A stretch of 64,000 nucleotides of DNA, from contig CADBLQ010000013.1 in the NCBI GenBank assembly GCA_902795615.1, forward strand, positions 279 to 64,278, in the 5' to 3' direction. Each line of letters begins with the position of its first letter. The stretch's first letter is position 1. Shown in pieces: positions 16,179 to 26,095 of this stretch. The notes beneath the pieces were generated by a model. It was not told where the DNA came from and searched no databases. It worked only from the letters and a program-made list of their open reading frames with translations. The translations under genes and the position numbers were made by a program. This DNA comes from an uncultured Pseudomonadota bacterium. GTDB lineage: Bacteria; Pseudomonadota; Alphaproteobacteria; RUG11792.

Positions 16179-17315
16179 ATGGGCAGTAAAGATTATTATG
16201 CAATACTAGGTGTGCCAAAGAACGCATCTTCAGATGATATTAAGAAATCGTATAGGAAATTAGTATTAAAATACCATCCCGATAAAAATCCAGGTGACAA
16301 AACTGCCGAGGAAAAGTTTAAAGAAATTAATGAGGCATATGAAGTCTTAAAAGATGACCAAAAACGGGCTGCGTACGATAGATACGGTTCTGATGCATTT
16401 AGTAATGGAAGCTCAAGTTCAAGTGGCGATAATCCTTTTGGTTTTGAAGGTTTTTCAGCTGGCAATTTCGGAGACTTTAGTGATATTTTTGAGCAAATGT
16501 TTGGAGATAGCATTTTCGGAACGCGTTCGAATTCTCGGCATCAACAGCCGGGAGCTGATATCCGATATGATGTTACAATAAACCTTCGTGAAGCATGCAC
16601 AGGCACTCATAAAACATTAAAATATACCACATTTGTACGTTGCGACTTGTGTTCTGGGCGGGGGTACGACAATAAATATACTCCCACCGCTTGTCCAAAC
16701 TGTGGAGGACGAGGAAGTGTTCGAACAAGAAATGGCTTCTTAACTATAGAACAAACCTGTCAACAATGCGGTGGACAAGGAAGTATAATATCCCATCCAT
16801 GTAGAAAGTGTTCCGGTTCAGGTCGGATTAAAGATGATAAACGGATTGATATAAGTATACCAGCTGGCATCGAAAGTGGAGGACAAATACGAATTCCTAA
16901 TGAAGGTGAGGCTGGATATATGGGGTCTCCTAATGGAAATTTATATGTGGTTGTTAATATACTGCCCCACGATGTATTTAAACTTGAAGGACACGATCTG
17001 AAATGCACTGTATATATTCCAATGACGACTGCAATTTTAGGTGGAAACATAAGTGTGACAGATATAGATGGAAATTCACACTCTATTAACATATCTCATG
17101 GTACGCAAACAGGAACACAAGTTAGGATAAAATCGGTGGGTATGCCGTACTATCAATCAAGTCGTCGAGGAGATATGCTAGTCGAGATTATAGTTGAAAC
17201 GCCAATTGATTTAACTTCTCAACAGAGAGGTATCATTGAAGATTTCCAACGTCAATGTACTACCAAAAATAATCCAAAGACTCAAGCAACTCAGGATAAG
17301 TTCAGTGTACTCTGA
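16179..17315 (+). CDS. dnaJ: molecular chaperone DnaJ
   Basis: J domain (DYYAILGV...HPDKN), a G/F-rich linker, and four CxxCxGxG repeats ([32 protein letters not shown]). The start is set at the ATG that gives [11 protein letters not shown]. Confidence 0.95.
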   Translation: MGSKDYYAILGVPKNASSDDIKKSYRKLVLKYHPDKNPGDKTAEEKFKEINEAYEVLKDDQKRAAYDRYGSDAFSNGSSSSSGDNPFGFEGFSAGNFGDFSDIFEQMFGDSIFGTRSNSRHQQPGADIRYDVTINLREACTGTHKTLKYTTFVRCDLCSGRGYDNKYTPTACPNCGGRGSVRTRNGFLTIEQTCQQCGGQGSIISHPCRKCSGSGRIKDDKRIDISIPAGIESGGQIRIPNEGEAGYMGSPNGNLYVVVNILPHDVFKLEGHDLKCTVYIPMTTAILGGNISVTDIDGNSHSINISHGTQTGTQVRIKSVGMPYYQSSRRGDMLVEIIVETPIDLTSQQRGIIEDFQRQCTTKNNPKTQATQDKFSVL

Positions 17316-17523
17316 GCTTATCTTTATGTCTGGGTTTGTTGGACTTCTATTTCACAAGAAGCTCGTACGTCGAGTTATTGATATAGAGATAATGACCTTG
17401 GGAGCTATTCACCTCTTGTTTAGTAATAATACAAACAATTTTTTTATAGTCCTAGTAATTTTAACTGCAAGTGAGCTATCATTAGCAATTCTATTTTTAG
17501 TAACACATCGGAACAAACAATAG
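17305..17523 (+). CDS. small NuoK/MnhC-like membrane protein (orphan, shortened)
   Basis: [16 protein letters not shown] resembles the NuoK motif LMSIELMLNAVNL, including the membrane Glu. [19 protein letters not shown] resembles the second conserved-Glu helix. The start is GTG at 17305 (11-nt overlap with dnaJ) or ATG at 17326. It is only 65-72 aa, against about 100 aa for NuoK. Confidence 0.4.
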   Translation: MYSELIFMSGFVGLLFHKKLVRRVIDIEIMTLGAIHLLFSNNTNNFFIVLVILTASELSLAILFLVTHRNKQ

Positions 17524-17617
17524 CAGAGTACAACATATCAGAGATACTGATATTTGTTCAAAGAAGATCATAACTACCTATCAGAAAAGATAGAATAGCA
17601 ACCCTAAATATTTAGGT

Positions 17618-17932
17618 TTAATTTTTAGGTACGTATACTTCTACCTTTACATTACATACGACATTTTTTCCATCTATAGGAATTGTTTGTGTCTTTTCTG
17701 TAACAATCGGAGATTGAGTAGAAGGATTTACTTGTTGAATTTCAGGAGTGCCACTAAAAAGTTTTATTATGAGATATACAACTGCAATGATTAGTAATAC
17801 AGTAAGAACTAACATTAATATATAACCGATCGAATCTCCTTTTTTTAAATATTCGGATTTATTTTCGCTGGCAAAAAAACCTTTCCAAAAATCTACACAG
17901 GTTTTAATCAATAAAAGTATTTCGTTATACAT
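17618..17932 (-). CDS. hypothetical single-pass membrane protein
   Basis: 104-aa ORF with a central TM segment (GYILMLVLTVLLIIAVVYLIIKLF). It lies 3 nt downstream of the LolA-like gene. I recognise no domain. Confidence 0.45.
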   Translation of the reverse strand: MYNEILLLIKTCVDFWKGFFASENKSEYLKKGDSIGYILMLVLTVLLIIAVVYLIIKLFSGTPEIQQVNPSTQSPIVTEKTQTIPIDGKNVVCNVKVEVYVPKN

Positions 17933-17935
17933 ATT

Positions 17936-18574
17936 TTACCTTTCTAATTTTTCTGATACACTTTCGTGTTCCGACGATACCTTCACGTAGTATTTCATAT
18001 CATCAAATTTTACATCTGTCCAGCCATTATCGTTATATATAGTCCAGGATAGTAATTTGTCTACCATATTGTTTGTTTTGCGAAAAGTCAGCTCTATAAT
18101 TTGTTTGTCATAGATAATTCTAATAATTGTATGGTTTCCTGTATCTTCAATCACTTGATGCATCAACTCTTTTAAATTTAATTTCCCAGCGAAAATCGCA
18201 TATATCGGTGTTGCCCTAATAGAATACGTACTTGATTTTTTGTTTTTCCTATCAACTATAGTCATAAAACGACCACTTAATGACATTGATTCAATTGCTC
18301 CCGTTTTATAGTTAATGATTACGCTAGTTTTTGTATTTATAGTTTCGCGTCTGATAGATATGGAGCCTTTATCAATATCATTATTGTTTGAATTCGTCTG
18401 AGAGAATTCCGCGTCTAAAATTTCAATACTGTTTAAGTATTTTTCTATTTGTTCTGAGGTTGTGTTCCCCGGCTTAGCGTTCGTAGTAAAAATACAGATG
18501 ATACAACAAAATATACCACCTGTAGTTTTTATAATTTTTACGAAAGATTTCATAATATTATAAAAGCTGTTCAT
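17936..18574 (-). CDS. lolA: LolA-like outer-membrane lipoprotein carrier protein
   Basis: Signal peptide, then LDAEFSQ...KGSISIRR...INYKTGAIESMSLSGRFMTIVDRKNKKSSTYSIRATPIYAIFAG. This follows the LolA pattern (F.Q ... G.l.l.R ... Y..P ... dG..l.i.D ... y.l..tP). Confidence 0.55.
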   Translation of the reverse strand: MNSFYNIMKSFVKIIKTTGGIFCCIICIFTTNAKPGNTTSEQIEKYLNSIEILDAEFSQTNSNNNDIDKGSISIRRETINTKTSVIINYKTGAIESMSLSGRFMTIVDRKNKKSSTYSIRATPIYAIFAGKLNLKELMHQVIEDTGNHTIIRIIYDKQIIELTFRKTNNMVDKLLSWTIYNDNGWTDVKFDDMKYYVKVSSEHESVSEKLER

Positions 18575-18610
18575 AATATTTTTACTAGCTTTCGTTTACC
18601 TTTTATAAAA

Positions 18611-19225
18611 TTACCTTGAGTAAAATTCAACAACTAAGTTTGGTTCCATCGTTACTGGATACGGTACATCTGCGAGCTTCGGTACTCTTAGATATTTTCC
18701 CTTTAGTCCGTTATTTCCCACTTCAAAATAATCAGGCACTTCTCGTTCAGAAGACGCTAAAGCTGACATTACCCCCACATTTTCCTTCATTGTTGGGACT
18801 AATTCAATAACATCGCCTATTTTAACACGGTAAGATGGAATATCAACCTTTTTACCATTTACTCGTACATGTCCATGATTAACTAGTTGTCTTGCGCCAA
18901 ATATAGTTAAGGCAAATTTTAATCTATAAACAATAGCATCTAAACGACTTTCAAGTAATCCAATTAGATTTTCAGATGTATCGCCTTTTCGGCGAACTGC
19001 CTCTTTAAACGTATTATGGAACTGTTTTTCAGTTACTTTTCCATAATACCCTTTCAACTTCTGCTTTGCATGTAATTGAATGCAATAATCAGACGGTTTC
19101 TTTCTATCTTTACCGTGCTGACCAGGAGCGTAGTTTCTTTTATTGAATGGACTTTTTGCTCGTCCCCAAAGATTAACCCCTAACCGGCGATCAATCTTAT
19201 ACTTAGAACTATTCGTTCCAGCCAT
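18611..19225 (-). CDS. rpsD: 30S ribosomal protein S4
   Basis: [37 protein letters not shown] and the S4 RNA-binding domain are present. 204 aa. Confidence 0.95.
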   Translation of the reverse strand: MAGTNSSKYKIDRRLGVNLWGRAKSPFNKRNYAPGQHGKDRKKPSDYCIQLHAKQKLKGYYGKVTEKQFHNTFKEAVRRKGDTSENLIGLLESRLDAIVYRLKFALTIFGARQLVNHGHVRVNGKKVDIPSYRVKIGDVIELVPTMKENVGVMSALASSEREVPDYFEVGNNGLKGKYLRVPKLADVPYPVTMEPNLVVEFYSR

Positions 19226-19396
19226 TTACTTTCCTAATAGCAACATAACAACTAGTATTGTACCACACAACAGTTTTATGTATCTGCTAGACGCCTCGAA
19301 AAAATGGAAACAATTCAACCGGAGTGTATTGTTCGGTATTAAATACAAATTCTATGTTACACTGTCCTTTGGAAAAACGTGAATTAATAAGTGTTT

Positions 19397-20905
19397 ATGT
19401 CGAACAATAAGTATATTTTTATTACTACCCCTATATATTATGTAAATGCCAAACCTCACATAGGACATGCGTACACAACTGTTGTTTGTGATGTATATGC
19501 TAGATTTTGTCACATGATGGGTTACAACGTAAAGTTCTCTACTGGAACGGATGAACATGGCAAAAAAGTTGAACAGAGTGCAAAGAAAAATAATCGAACT
19601 CCGCAACAGTTTGCAGATGAGGTATCAGCTTTATTTAAAAATTTGTTGCCTATATTAAATATTACTAATGACGATTTTATTCGCACAACTGAATTTCGTC
19701 ATAAAAAGACGGTAGAACATTTCTGGAAAAAACTATACGATGCTGGTTATATATATTTGGGTGAGTATAAGGGGTGGTACGATATACAAAATGAAGCATA
19801 TTTTACAGAAAAAGAATTAGTTGACGGCAAATCTCCTTTAGGTGGAAATGTTGTATACATGGAAGAACCGTGTTATTTCTTTAAGTTATCTGCTTTTGGT
19901 GATAGATTACTTGCGTATTATGAAGAACATCCTGACTTTATATTTCCAGCATCTCGTAGAAACGAAATGATAAGCTTTATAAGACAGGGCTTAACTGATT
20001 TAGCAATTTCTAGAACAACGTTTTCATGGGGTATTCCTGTTCCTAATGACCCCAAACATGTAGTGTATGTTTGGTTGGATGCATTAACTAATTATTTGAC
20101 TGTTAATGGATATCCAACAAATGAAAATCAAAATGAAGATCCATATTGGCAGAATGTAATTCACTTTGTCGGTAAAGAGATAGTACGCTTTCACGCGATA
20201 TATTGGGTAGCATTTTTAATGGCAGTAGGTATTAATCCTCCTCAGAAAATTGTGTCTCACGGATGGTGGCTAAGTGAGGGGCAGAAAATGTCAAAGTCAT
20301 TAGGAAATGTTCAAAATCCGTATGATTATTGTGCAGAATTCGGTTCAGATGCATTAAGGTATTACTTACTACGAGAACTTACTTTTGGTTCAGATGGCAA
20401 CTTTTCAAGAGAAAGTTTTATAAATAGATACAATTCGATATTGGCAAATAGCTATGGCAACCTCTGTAATCGTGTGCTATCATTTATTCAAAAGTATTGT
20501 AATGGCACAATAGAACGCCCAGTTGAGATAACAGACGAAGATGAAAAGTTTTATCAAGCAATAGATGCAAATATAAATGTTTGCCCTGATTTAATACATA
20601 AATTTTCATTTAATAAATATCTTGAAAAAATGGAAAATGCTATAACATTATCTAATCAATACATAGACTTTCAGAAACCATGGACTTTCAAAACCTCAGA
20701 TAAAAATCGTATGAACACCATACTGTACGTTTGTCTGGAAAATATATACAAAATTGCAATAATGCTGTCCCCCGTAATACCGTCTACTGCAGAAAAATTG
20801 ATGAAAATCCTAAAACTAAAACCAACTTTCACATTTGATGGTAACAATAGATTGCCAAATACTGTCGAATTAAATGAATTAGAAATCTTGTTCCCCAAAC
20901 ATTAG
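19397..20905 (+). CDS. metG: methionine--tRNA ligase (short form, no C-terminal tRNA-binding extension)
   Basis: HIGH motif (PHIGHAYT) and KMSKS motif (QKMSKSLGN). The ATG at 19397 gives MSNNKYIFITTPIYYVN. Confidence 0.95.
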   Translation: MSNNKYIFITTPIYYVNAKPHIGHAYTTVVCDVYARFCHMMGYNVKFSTGTDEHGKKVEQSAKKNNRTPQQFADEVSALFKNLLPILNITNDDFIRTTEFRHKKTVEHFWKKLYDAGYIYLGEYKGWYDIQNEAYFTEKELVDGKSPLGGNVVYMEEPCYFFKLSAFGDRLLAYYEEHPDFIFPASRRNEMISFIRQGLTDLAISRTTFSWGIPVPNDPKHVVYVWLDALTNYLTVNGYPTNENQNEDPYWQNVIHFVGKEIVRFHAIYWVAFLMAVGINPPQKIVSHGWWLSEGQKMSKSLGNVQNPYDYCAEFGSDALRYYLLRELTFGSDGNFSRESFINRYNSILANSYGNLCNRVLSFIQKYCNGTIERPVEITDEDEKFYQAIDANINVCPDLIHKFSFNKYLEKMENAITLSNQYIDFQKPWTFKTSDKNRMNTILYVCLENIYKIAIMLSPVIPSTAEKLMKILKLKPTFTFDGNNRLPNTVELNELEILFPKH

Positions 20906-21176
20906 TAAATTTTATTTAACTATATTATGTGTTTGAATTATGGCAAGCCACAAAAGTGGAACACCTTATTTAAAATTAAAATTCGTAACAAACTTTGGAT
21001 AATGTAGGGATATATTCTAACTTTTTGACGCTACAAACTTTAGATTACAGAAACAGAGTTGTGTTTTAGATGAGAAGACTTACGGAAAAAGTTTTAATTT
21101 TCTTAAAATTTTGATTGTTTCTTTGCAAGAATGTTGAATAATAATGTTGCAAAGATTTACTAAAAAAGGAAATTAT

Positions 21177-23087
21177 ATGAACAAGTCAAAAATGTTTCTG
21201 ATGATGCTGACTATGGTAACCGTCCCAAGTGTACAAGCATCAGGAACAAATACGTTACTACTTCCGTTAAATCAAAATATGAGGCAATACCAGCAATTTA
21301 TGCCTTCACATCCGAACAATGCGAATCTTAAGGAATTTAATTCCTTTGCGGATCTAGATGGACATGATATGTTCTCAACAACCATAACTGGCATTTTTCA
21401 GGGAGAGAATATGGCTAATGCAGATAATAATTACCTAGGAGGAGGCAAAATCTATGACGAAGCACTAGACAAAGCAGTTGAAAACCAGTTTTTGGGGAAG
21501 AAAACGTCAGGCACTCAATACGGCCTCGAACAAGCGAATAACAATCTCAATGATGAATTTGAAGAAGAATCACAATATTCCGCTGATCATCTATTTATAC
21601 AAAAACAATCCAGAAATCGTGTGTCGTACGAAAAACAAGGTCTCGCTCTTAACGAAGATGACGAGAACGTAGTAGATGTAAATGACGCTCTAATAAACGA
21701 GAGTCCAAAAACAAACTTAAATATCGACAAGAAACGCATTTGGGACATTTGTAAAGTCCGTCAAAAATACCCAAAAACAAACTTAAATATCATCGGTAAT
21801 CGCATTGGTAAATTCAAACACAAAAAAGCATGGAAGCCTAAAATGACTTATGCTTTCTCCAAAAGTGACCTTGAATTGGAAGAAAATCAAATACAAGACC
21901 TAGAAAGCAAGATAGAATTTGAAAGTGTTAATTTGCCAATTGATGGATGTTTTTGGAAAAATCGTAATACTCAAATCATCAAAGAATTAGAAAACGGTGG
22001 TTTGTTAGAGTTTATAAGTAAAGTTGTAAACCAACTTAAACGTAATCAACAGGTTACTTTGTCTCATAGAGATCTGCATTATGTTGAAATTTCCACTTTA
22101 TATTCAGGCGGATACCATAATCCTCAAGTTATTACTACTAAGAAAACTTATAACACTAAAGAATCAGTGGCTAACGATCAATTAAGGAATCCACCTGAAT
22201 ACTATAAACTACGAAAAGAATGTCAGAAATTCGGTGGGATAAGAAAGTTCGGAGAAGACGTCCCTAAAGAAAAACTCAAGTATTTTGCTGATACTATTGA
22301 GTCTTTTCATAGGGATAGTCCAGCTCGTCGAGCTGGAGATATTTTTAGAAAAAAGATCCTCGAAAACCCCCTGATTGACTACAACCTTTCAAACCGACTA
22401 GATTATTTGACTACGTCGCTAAAATCAATAGCAAGATTGGTATCATTACATTACGAGATCTCACAGCCTACAACGTTTTTCCGGATAAATATCGCTTGGT
22501 TGAAAAAACTTGTCGGAATAAAAAAATCCAAAAGGCGATTCACTAGAGATACCTTTTATTTGAAGAAAGTTATAAAAAACTGGAAGATAGTAAAATCCAA
22601 AATGCAATTTGATGATGAGGATAAACAAAACCTTAAGTATAAGGTGTTCAAAATACATTGGGGGAATAATCACGATGCAGTCAGCCTATATATAAAAGAA
22701 TTAGTTAAGAAAATTATTGATGTCACGTGCGAGGGGTTTATTTCCAAACTAAATGACAGTTTAAGAGAATGCTTTACTGACCTTTTTTCTACAAATTTGC
22801 GTAGCAAAGACCTCGCATCAGCTAACTCAAATATAGAAACATTAGCTAATACTATAACAAACGCATTTTCTTTTGCGTGGAAATTAGAATCATTGAACGT
22901 CATACCCGCCTGTCTTGAATATACATCGGTTTTAGATTCAAAAAAGACAGGGCCAGTACAGAATCTTGGAGATTTTTTTAAACGTAGATTACAACCTGCA
23001 ATCGAAGCCACTCTGAAAGCACTTGTTACTGAATATAAAAATAAGATAAATCAAGAACAGCAGAAAGACTTAGTGACCGACAAATAG
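21177..23087 (+). CDS. hypothetical secreted protein, paralog A of a lineage-specific family
   Basis: An AAGGA RBS lies 7 nt upstream of the ATG at 21177. Signal peptide MNKSKMFLMMLTMVTVPSVQASG. It is colinear with the next gene over about 450 aa (NRIGKFKHK, GGLLEFI, VTLSHRDLHYVEISTLYSGGY, IARLVSLHYEISQPTTF, FKIHWGNN, LGDFFKRRLQPAIEA). Confidence 0.7.
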   Translation: MNKSKMFLMMLTMVTVPSVQASGTNTLLLPLNQNMRQYQQFMPSHPNNANLKEFNSFADLDGHDMFSTTITGIFQGENMANADNNYLGGGKIYDEALDKAVENQFLGKKTSGTQYGLEQANNNLNDEFEEESQYSADHLFIQKQSRNRVSYEKQGLALNEDDENVVDVNDALINESPKTNLNIDKKRIWDICKVRQKYPKTNLNIIGNRIGKFKHKKAWKPKMTYAFSKSDLELEENQIQDLESKIEFESVNLPIDGCFWKNRNTQIIKELENGGLLEFISKVVNQLKRNQQVTLSHRDLHYVEISTLYSGGYHNPQVITTKKTYNTKESVANDQLRNPPEYYKLRKECQKFGGIRKFGEDVPKEKLKYFADTIESFHRDSPARRAGDIFRKKILENPLIDYNLSNRLDYLTTSLKSIARLVSLHYEISQPTTFFRINIAWLKKLVGIKKSKRRFTRDTFYLKKVIKNWKIVKSKMQFDDEDKQNLKYKVFKIHWGNNHDAVSLYIKELVKKIIDVTCEGFISKLNDSLRECFTDLFSTNLRSKDLASANSNIETLANTITNAFSFAWKLESLNVIPACLEYTSVLDSKKTGPVQNLGDFFKRRLQPAIEATLKALVTEYKNKINQEQQKDLVTDK

Positions 23088-23157
23088 CAGAAAGTATATA
23101 TATATTTACTGTCATAACGCCAGTAGATATCATAAATGAGACAATCTGCATGCAATC

Positions 23158-23177
23158 TCGGGGAATTTCTTCCCCGA
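23158..23177. repeat. GC-rich perfect hairpin 3' of paralog A
   Basis: TCGGGGAA-TTTC-TTCCCCGA, followed by CATTATATT. It belongs to the same motif family as the three hairpins at 24997..25070. Confidence 0.7.
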
Positions 23178-23436
23178 CATTATATTCTCCTAAAATAATT
23201 ATTTGTTTGTAGCTTTGACGTTGCATACGAAAGACTAATTATCAGATTGGGACAAATTCTGAACAAGGAGAAGAGCGATTATAATTTTTATGCGTCAGCA
23301 TGCAATTATATGTAGCTTAATAACAAATTATTTGTTTGAAACAAAAGAAAATTATCAATTTTTTAAATTTTGCTGGAATCGGATAACAGAATTTGCCATC
23401 ATGATGGCGTCAAAGGTTAAAGAACAGGGAAAAAAT

Positions 23437-24945
23437 ATGGTCAGAACAGGAAAAACACTTTTAACGATGTTAGCAATTTTTACAGTACAGAACGCAGAGG
23501 TAAATAGCATGCAAGATTTAATACCTAACAATCTTCTGTACAAAAACAAGAAGATCTGGCTTTCTGAAAACAGTGCGTTTCAGAGAAATGCTCCTCAAAA
23601 TGATAATGGAAACTCAGGAGTTCATAACTTGATTAATCTAACTGAAGAAAAACCAAAATTCGTAGTACACATGCAACAACCGGGGAAAAAACAATACGAA
23701 AATGCGTGGTATTTTGAAAACAAAGAACTTGTCACTGATAAGAATGATGAAAATCTACCAAAAAATTCGAAAAAGGTTAGTAATAGAATTGGTCGGTTTA
23801 AAAGTAAACATATAAAGATATATGGGTACAAATTTATTCTGAAGAAAAAATTTTCTAAGGAAATATGCGAAGCTCTAAAAAATAGCGATATTGGTGAAAA
23901 AAATGTTAAAATTCCAACTGGTGGACTTTTTTTGAAAAACACAAAACTGTGGAACGATAAAATAAGAAAATTAGAAAGAGCGGGACTAATAGAGTATTTG
24001 GAAAAAACCAAAGCCAAAATTACAGAAAATAAGAATATTACACTATCGCGAAAAGATATATTTCATCTTTTTACTTCTGTTTTATATACAGGAGAATATC
24101 CCCCTGCACGTACCAGAAGCGACACTAAAGATAAAAAAAAATGTGCGTTACGAAAAAAACGTGGTAATTTAAAAATAAGAAAATCCGATGGTTCTGTCGA
24201 TTTAAGGTTAATTGAAGATACTATTGCCTCTTTTTCCCAGTTTAGGGGGCATTTTTCAGACCTAATTGTGTCTGCAAACACTTTTCCACCAGATCAACTG
24301 CTTAGGGCAAATGCGAAAAGCGTATTAAATACGCTGACAGAGATAGCAAGATTAGCTGTATTATGTGAAGAAATATATCAAGAAACAACGTTTTCTCGTG
24401 AGACAATAATGTGGCACAAAAAAAAACATAATAGAAGGATACGGGGAATTAAGGATTCGAAATTTGAGGTGAAAAATACGTATTTAATATTTAAAGTAAA
24501 GTGGAATGAAAAAACCAATTATATAAGAAAAGCTATAAAAGAATTACTTGAAAAGGCAATTGACGAAAGTTGTAATACGTTTGTGAATAAGTTTCAAGAA
24601 GTGTTAACAACTTACTCAACAGAACTCATGAACAAAAATATAAATAACAAAAATGATAAATCAGAACTTTCTGAAGATGAAACAATTTTTTTAAATTCGT
24701 TGGATAAAATAAAAGAAAAATTTCAGGAAGCATGTACTAAAGGGGATTTAAAAAAAATATCTGTGAATATGACATTGCCGGCAAATAATGTAAATCCAAA
24801 CCCTATAGAAATTACTAGTCTTGCTGAATTATTTAAAAAGAAACTGAAACCTTTAATAGATGCATCTATGGATCAAATTGCTTCTAGTTATAAAAAAGAA
24901 TTAATTTCAGACAAGCAAACTGAAAATACTCAAAAATCTGAATAG
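23437..24945 (+). CDS. hypothetical secreted protein, paralog B of the same family
   Basis: An AGGGA RBS precedes the ATG at 23437. Signal peptide MVRTGKTLLTMLAIFTVQNAEV. Matching blocks are NRIGRFKSK, AGLIEYL, ITLSRKDIFHLFTSVLYTGEY, IARLAVLCEEIYQETTF, FKVKWNEK and LAELFKKKLKPLIDA. Confidence 0.7.
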   Translation: MVRTGKTLLTMLAIFTVQNAEVNSMQDLIPNNLLYKNKKIWLSENSAFQRNAPQNDNGNSGVHNLINLTEEKPKFVVHMQQPGKKQYENAWYFENKELVTDKNDENLPKNSKKVSNRIGRFKSKHIKIYGYKFILKKKFSKEICEALKNSDIGEKNVKIPTGGLFLKNTKLWNDKIRKLERAGLIEYLEKTKAKITENKNITLSRKDIFHLFTSVLYTGEYPPARTRSDTKDKKKCALRKKRGNLKIRKSDGSVDLRLIEDTIASFSQFRGHFSDLIVSANTFPPDQLLRANAKSVLNTLTEIARLAVLCEEIYQETTFSRETIMWHKKKHNRRIRGIKDSKFEVKNTYLIFKVKWNEKTNYIRKAIKELLEKAIDESCNTFVNKFQEVLTTYSTELMNKNINNKNDKSELSEDETIFLNSLDKIKEKFQEACTKGDLKKISVNMTLPANNVNPNPIEITSLAELFKKKLKPLIDASMDQIASSYKKELISDKQTENTQKSE

Positions 24946-24996
24946 AGAAATATATATGCAGGTATTTATTGGAGTATTCTAAATGTGGATTTTGAA

Positions 24997-25070
24997 TCGA
25001 GGACTTGTCCTCTGATATTTTGGGGACTTTCTCCCCCGATATTTTTGGGGGACTTCTCCCCCCGATGTTC
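24997..25070. repeat. array of three tandem GC-rich hairpin units 3' of paralog B
   Basis: The three units are GAGGAC-TT-GTCCTC (tgatattt), GGGGA-CTTTC-TCCCC (cgatattttt) and GGGGGA-CTTC-TCCCCC (cgatgttc). The period is about 24 bp. Each stem is followed by GAT(A/G)TT. Confidence 0.75.
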
Positions 25071-25093
25071 TAAAGATTTTTATTAATTTGTTA

Positions 25094-25966
25094 TTACTTA
25101 TCTGATGTTTTTGTCATTACATAAGTTCCCAAGATTATCAATCCTGCACTTATAAAGGAATATAATTGAGGTACTTGCCCAAAAAACCAGAACCCAAATA
25201 AGGTGGCGATGGGAAATTCTATATAACGTATTACACTCATATTTGATGCTGTTGTAGCTCTATATGCTAAAAAAATAAATAATTGTATTACGTTTGCTCC
25301 AATTCCTAATAAAAGTATTAACCAGAGTTCTCGTGCTGTAGGTGCTACCCAAACAGAGGGTACAAATATACCTGAAAGTATTGTTGTATATAGCCCAAAA
25401 TAAAACAACATCGTAATTGTATGTTCTCTATTATCGATCATCTTTTTTATTATAATGTCCATTGTTGCGAATAGAAATGCCGCAAGTGTAGGAATGCATG
25501 CTACTGCATTAATGTTTGATGCCTGTGGTCGAAACATTATTAGTAATCCACTGAACCCAATTAAGTTCGCAATAAGGATTTTCCACGATATATTTTCTTT
25601 TAGAAATATACAGCTTAATGGTAATATAAATAATGCCTCACTAAATAAAATAGTAGTGTTTTCAGCTAATGGCATTACTTTAACACTATAACAGCATAAT
25701 CCTAATGCTACAGTACCTATTACACCTCGCAATATATGTAATTTATGTAGTGGCGTTTTTAGATATTTATTACCAGTTATGAATACTGGTACTGCTACCA
25801 CTATAAATGAAAAAAAGAAACGAAAAAATGCAATTTCAATTACAGATAATCGTTGACCTAAAAGTTTCATTAAAACATCGTTATAAGAACTTGTAATGTA
25901 TAGTAATGTTCCCCAAAATATTCCTTGTTGAGAACCTTTACCTAAGAACCAATTAATAATTTTCAT
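25094..25966 (-). CDS. DMT-superfamily (EamA-like) transporter
   Basis: 290 aa with about 10 predicted TM helices in two EamA-like halves (IAFFRFFFSFIVV..., GLLIMFRPQ). The substrate cannot be told from the sequence. Rickettsial SAM transporters belong to this family. Confidence 0.75.
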   Translation of the reverse strand: MKIINWFLGKGSQQGIFWGTLLYITSSYNDVLMKLLGQRLSVIEIAFFRFFFSFIVVAVPVFITGNKYLKTPLHKLHILRGVIGTVALGLCCYSVKVMPLAENTTILFSEALFILPLSCIFLKENISWKILIANLIGFSGLLIMFRPQASNINAVACIPTLAAFLFATMDIIIKKMIDNREHTITMLFYFGLYTTILSGIFVPSVWVAPTARELWLILLLGIGANVIQLFIFLAYRATTASNMSVIRYIEFPIATLFGFWFFGQVPQLYSFISAGLIILGTYVMTKTSDK

Positions 25967-26043
25967 AATGAAATGATTTGTTGTAGATACATCACTATAT
26001 CATAATTACAGTTTATATGACAATCAGTGAATGGTTCTGGAAT

Positions 26044-26069
26044 TAAAAAAAGGTAGAGGTTCTCTACCT
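26044..26069 (-). terminator. rho-independent terminator of the autotransporter gene
   Basis: AGGTAGAG-GTT-CTCTACCT, flanked on the plus strand by an A7 run. This gives a U-tract after the stem on the minus-strand transcript. It lies about 27 nt past the stop at 26096. Confidence 0.65.
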
Positions 26070-26095
26070 TTAGAAGTTTTTTTAAATTCTTGTTT

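Noticed and set aside
17236-17325. Upstream extension of the NuoK-like ORF to the ATG at 17236, giving the 95-aa version in the track.
   Set aside because: The extension lies entirely within the dnaJ coding region and encodes a non-hydrophobic, basic sequence unlike NuoK TM1. A start at GTG 17305 or ATG 17326 is more plausible.
17603-17616. 14-bp palindrome CCTAAATATTTAGG abutting the stop of the 104-aa ORF.
   Set aside because: It is pure AT-rich and has no loop, leaving an effective stem of about 5 bp. Such palindromes are common in DNA of this composition.
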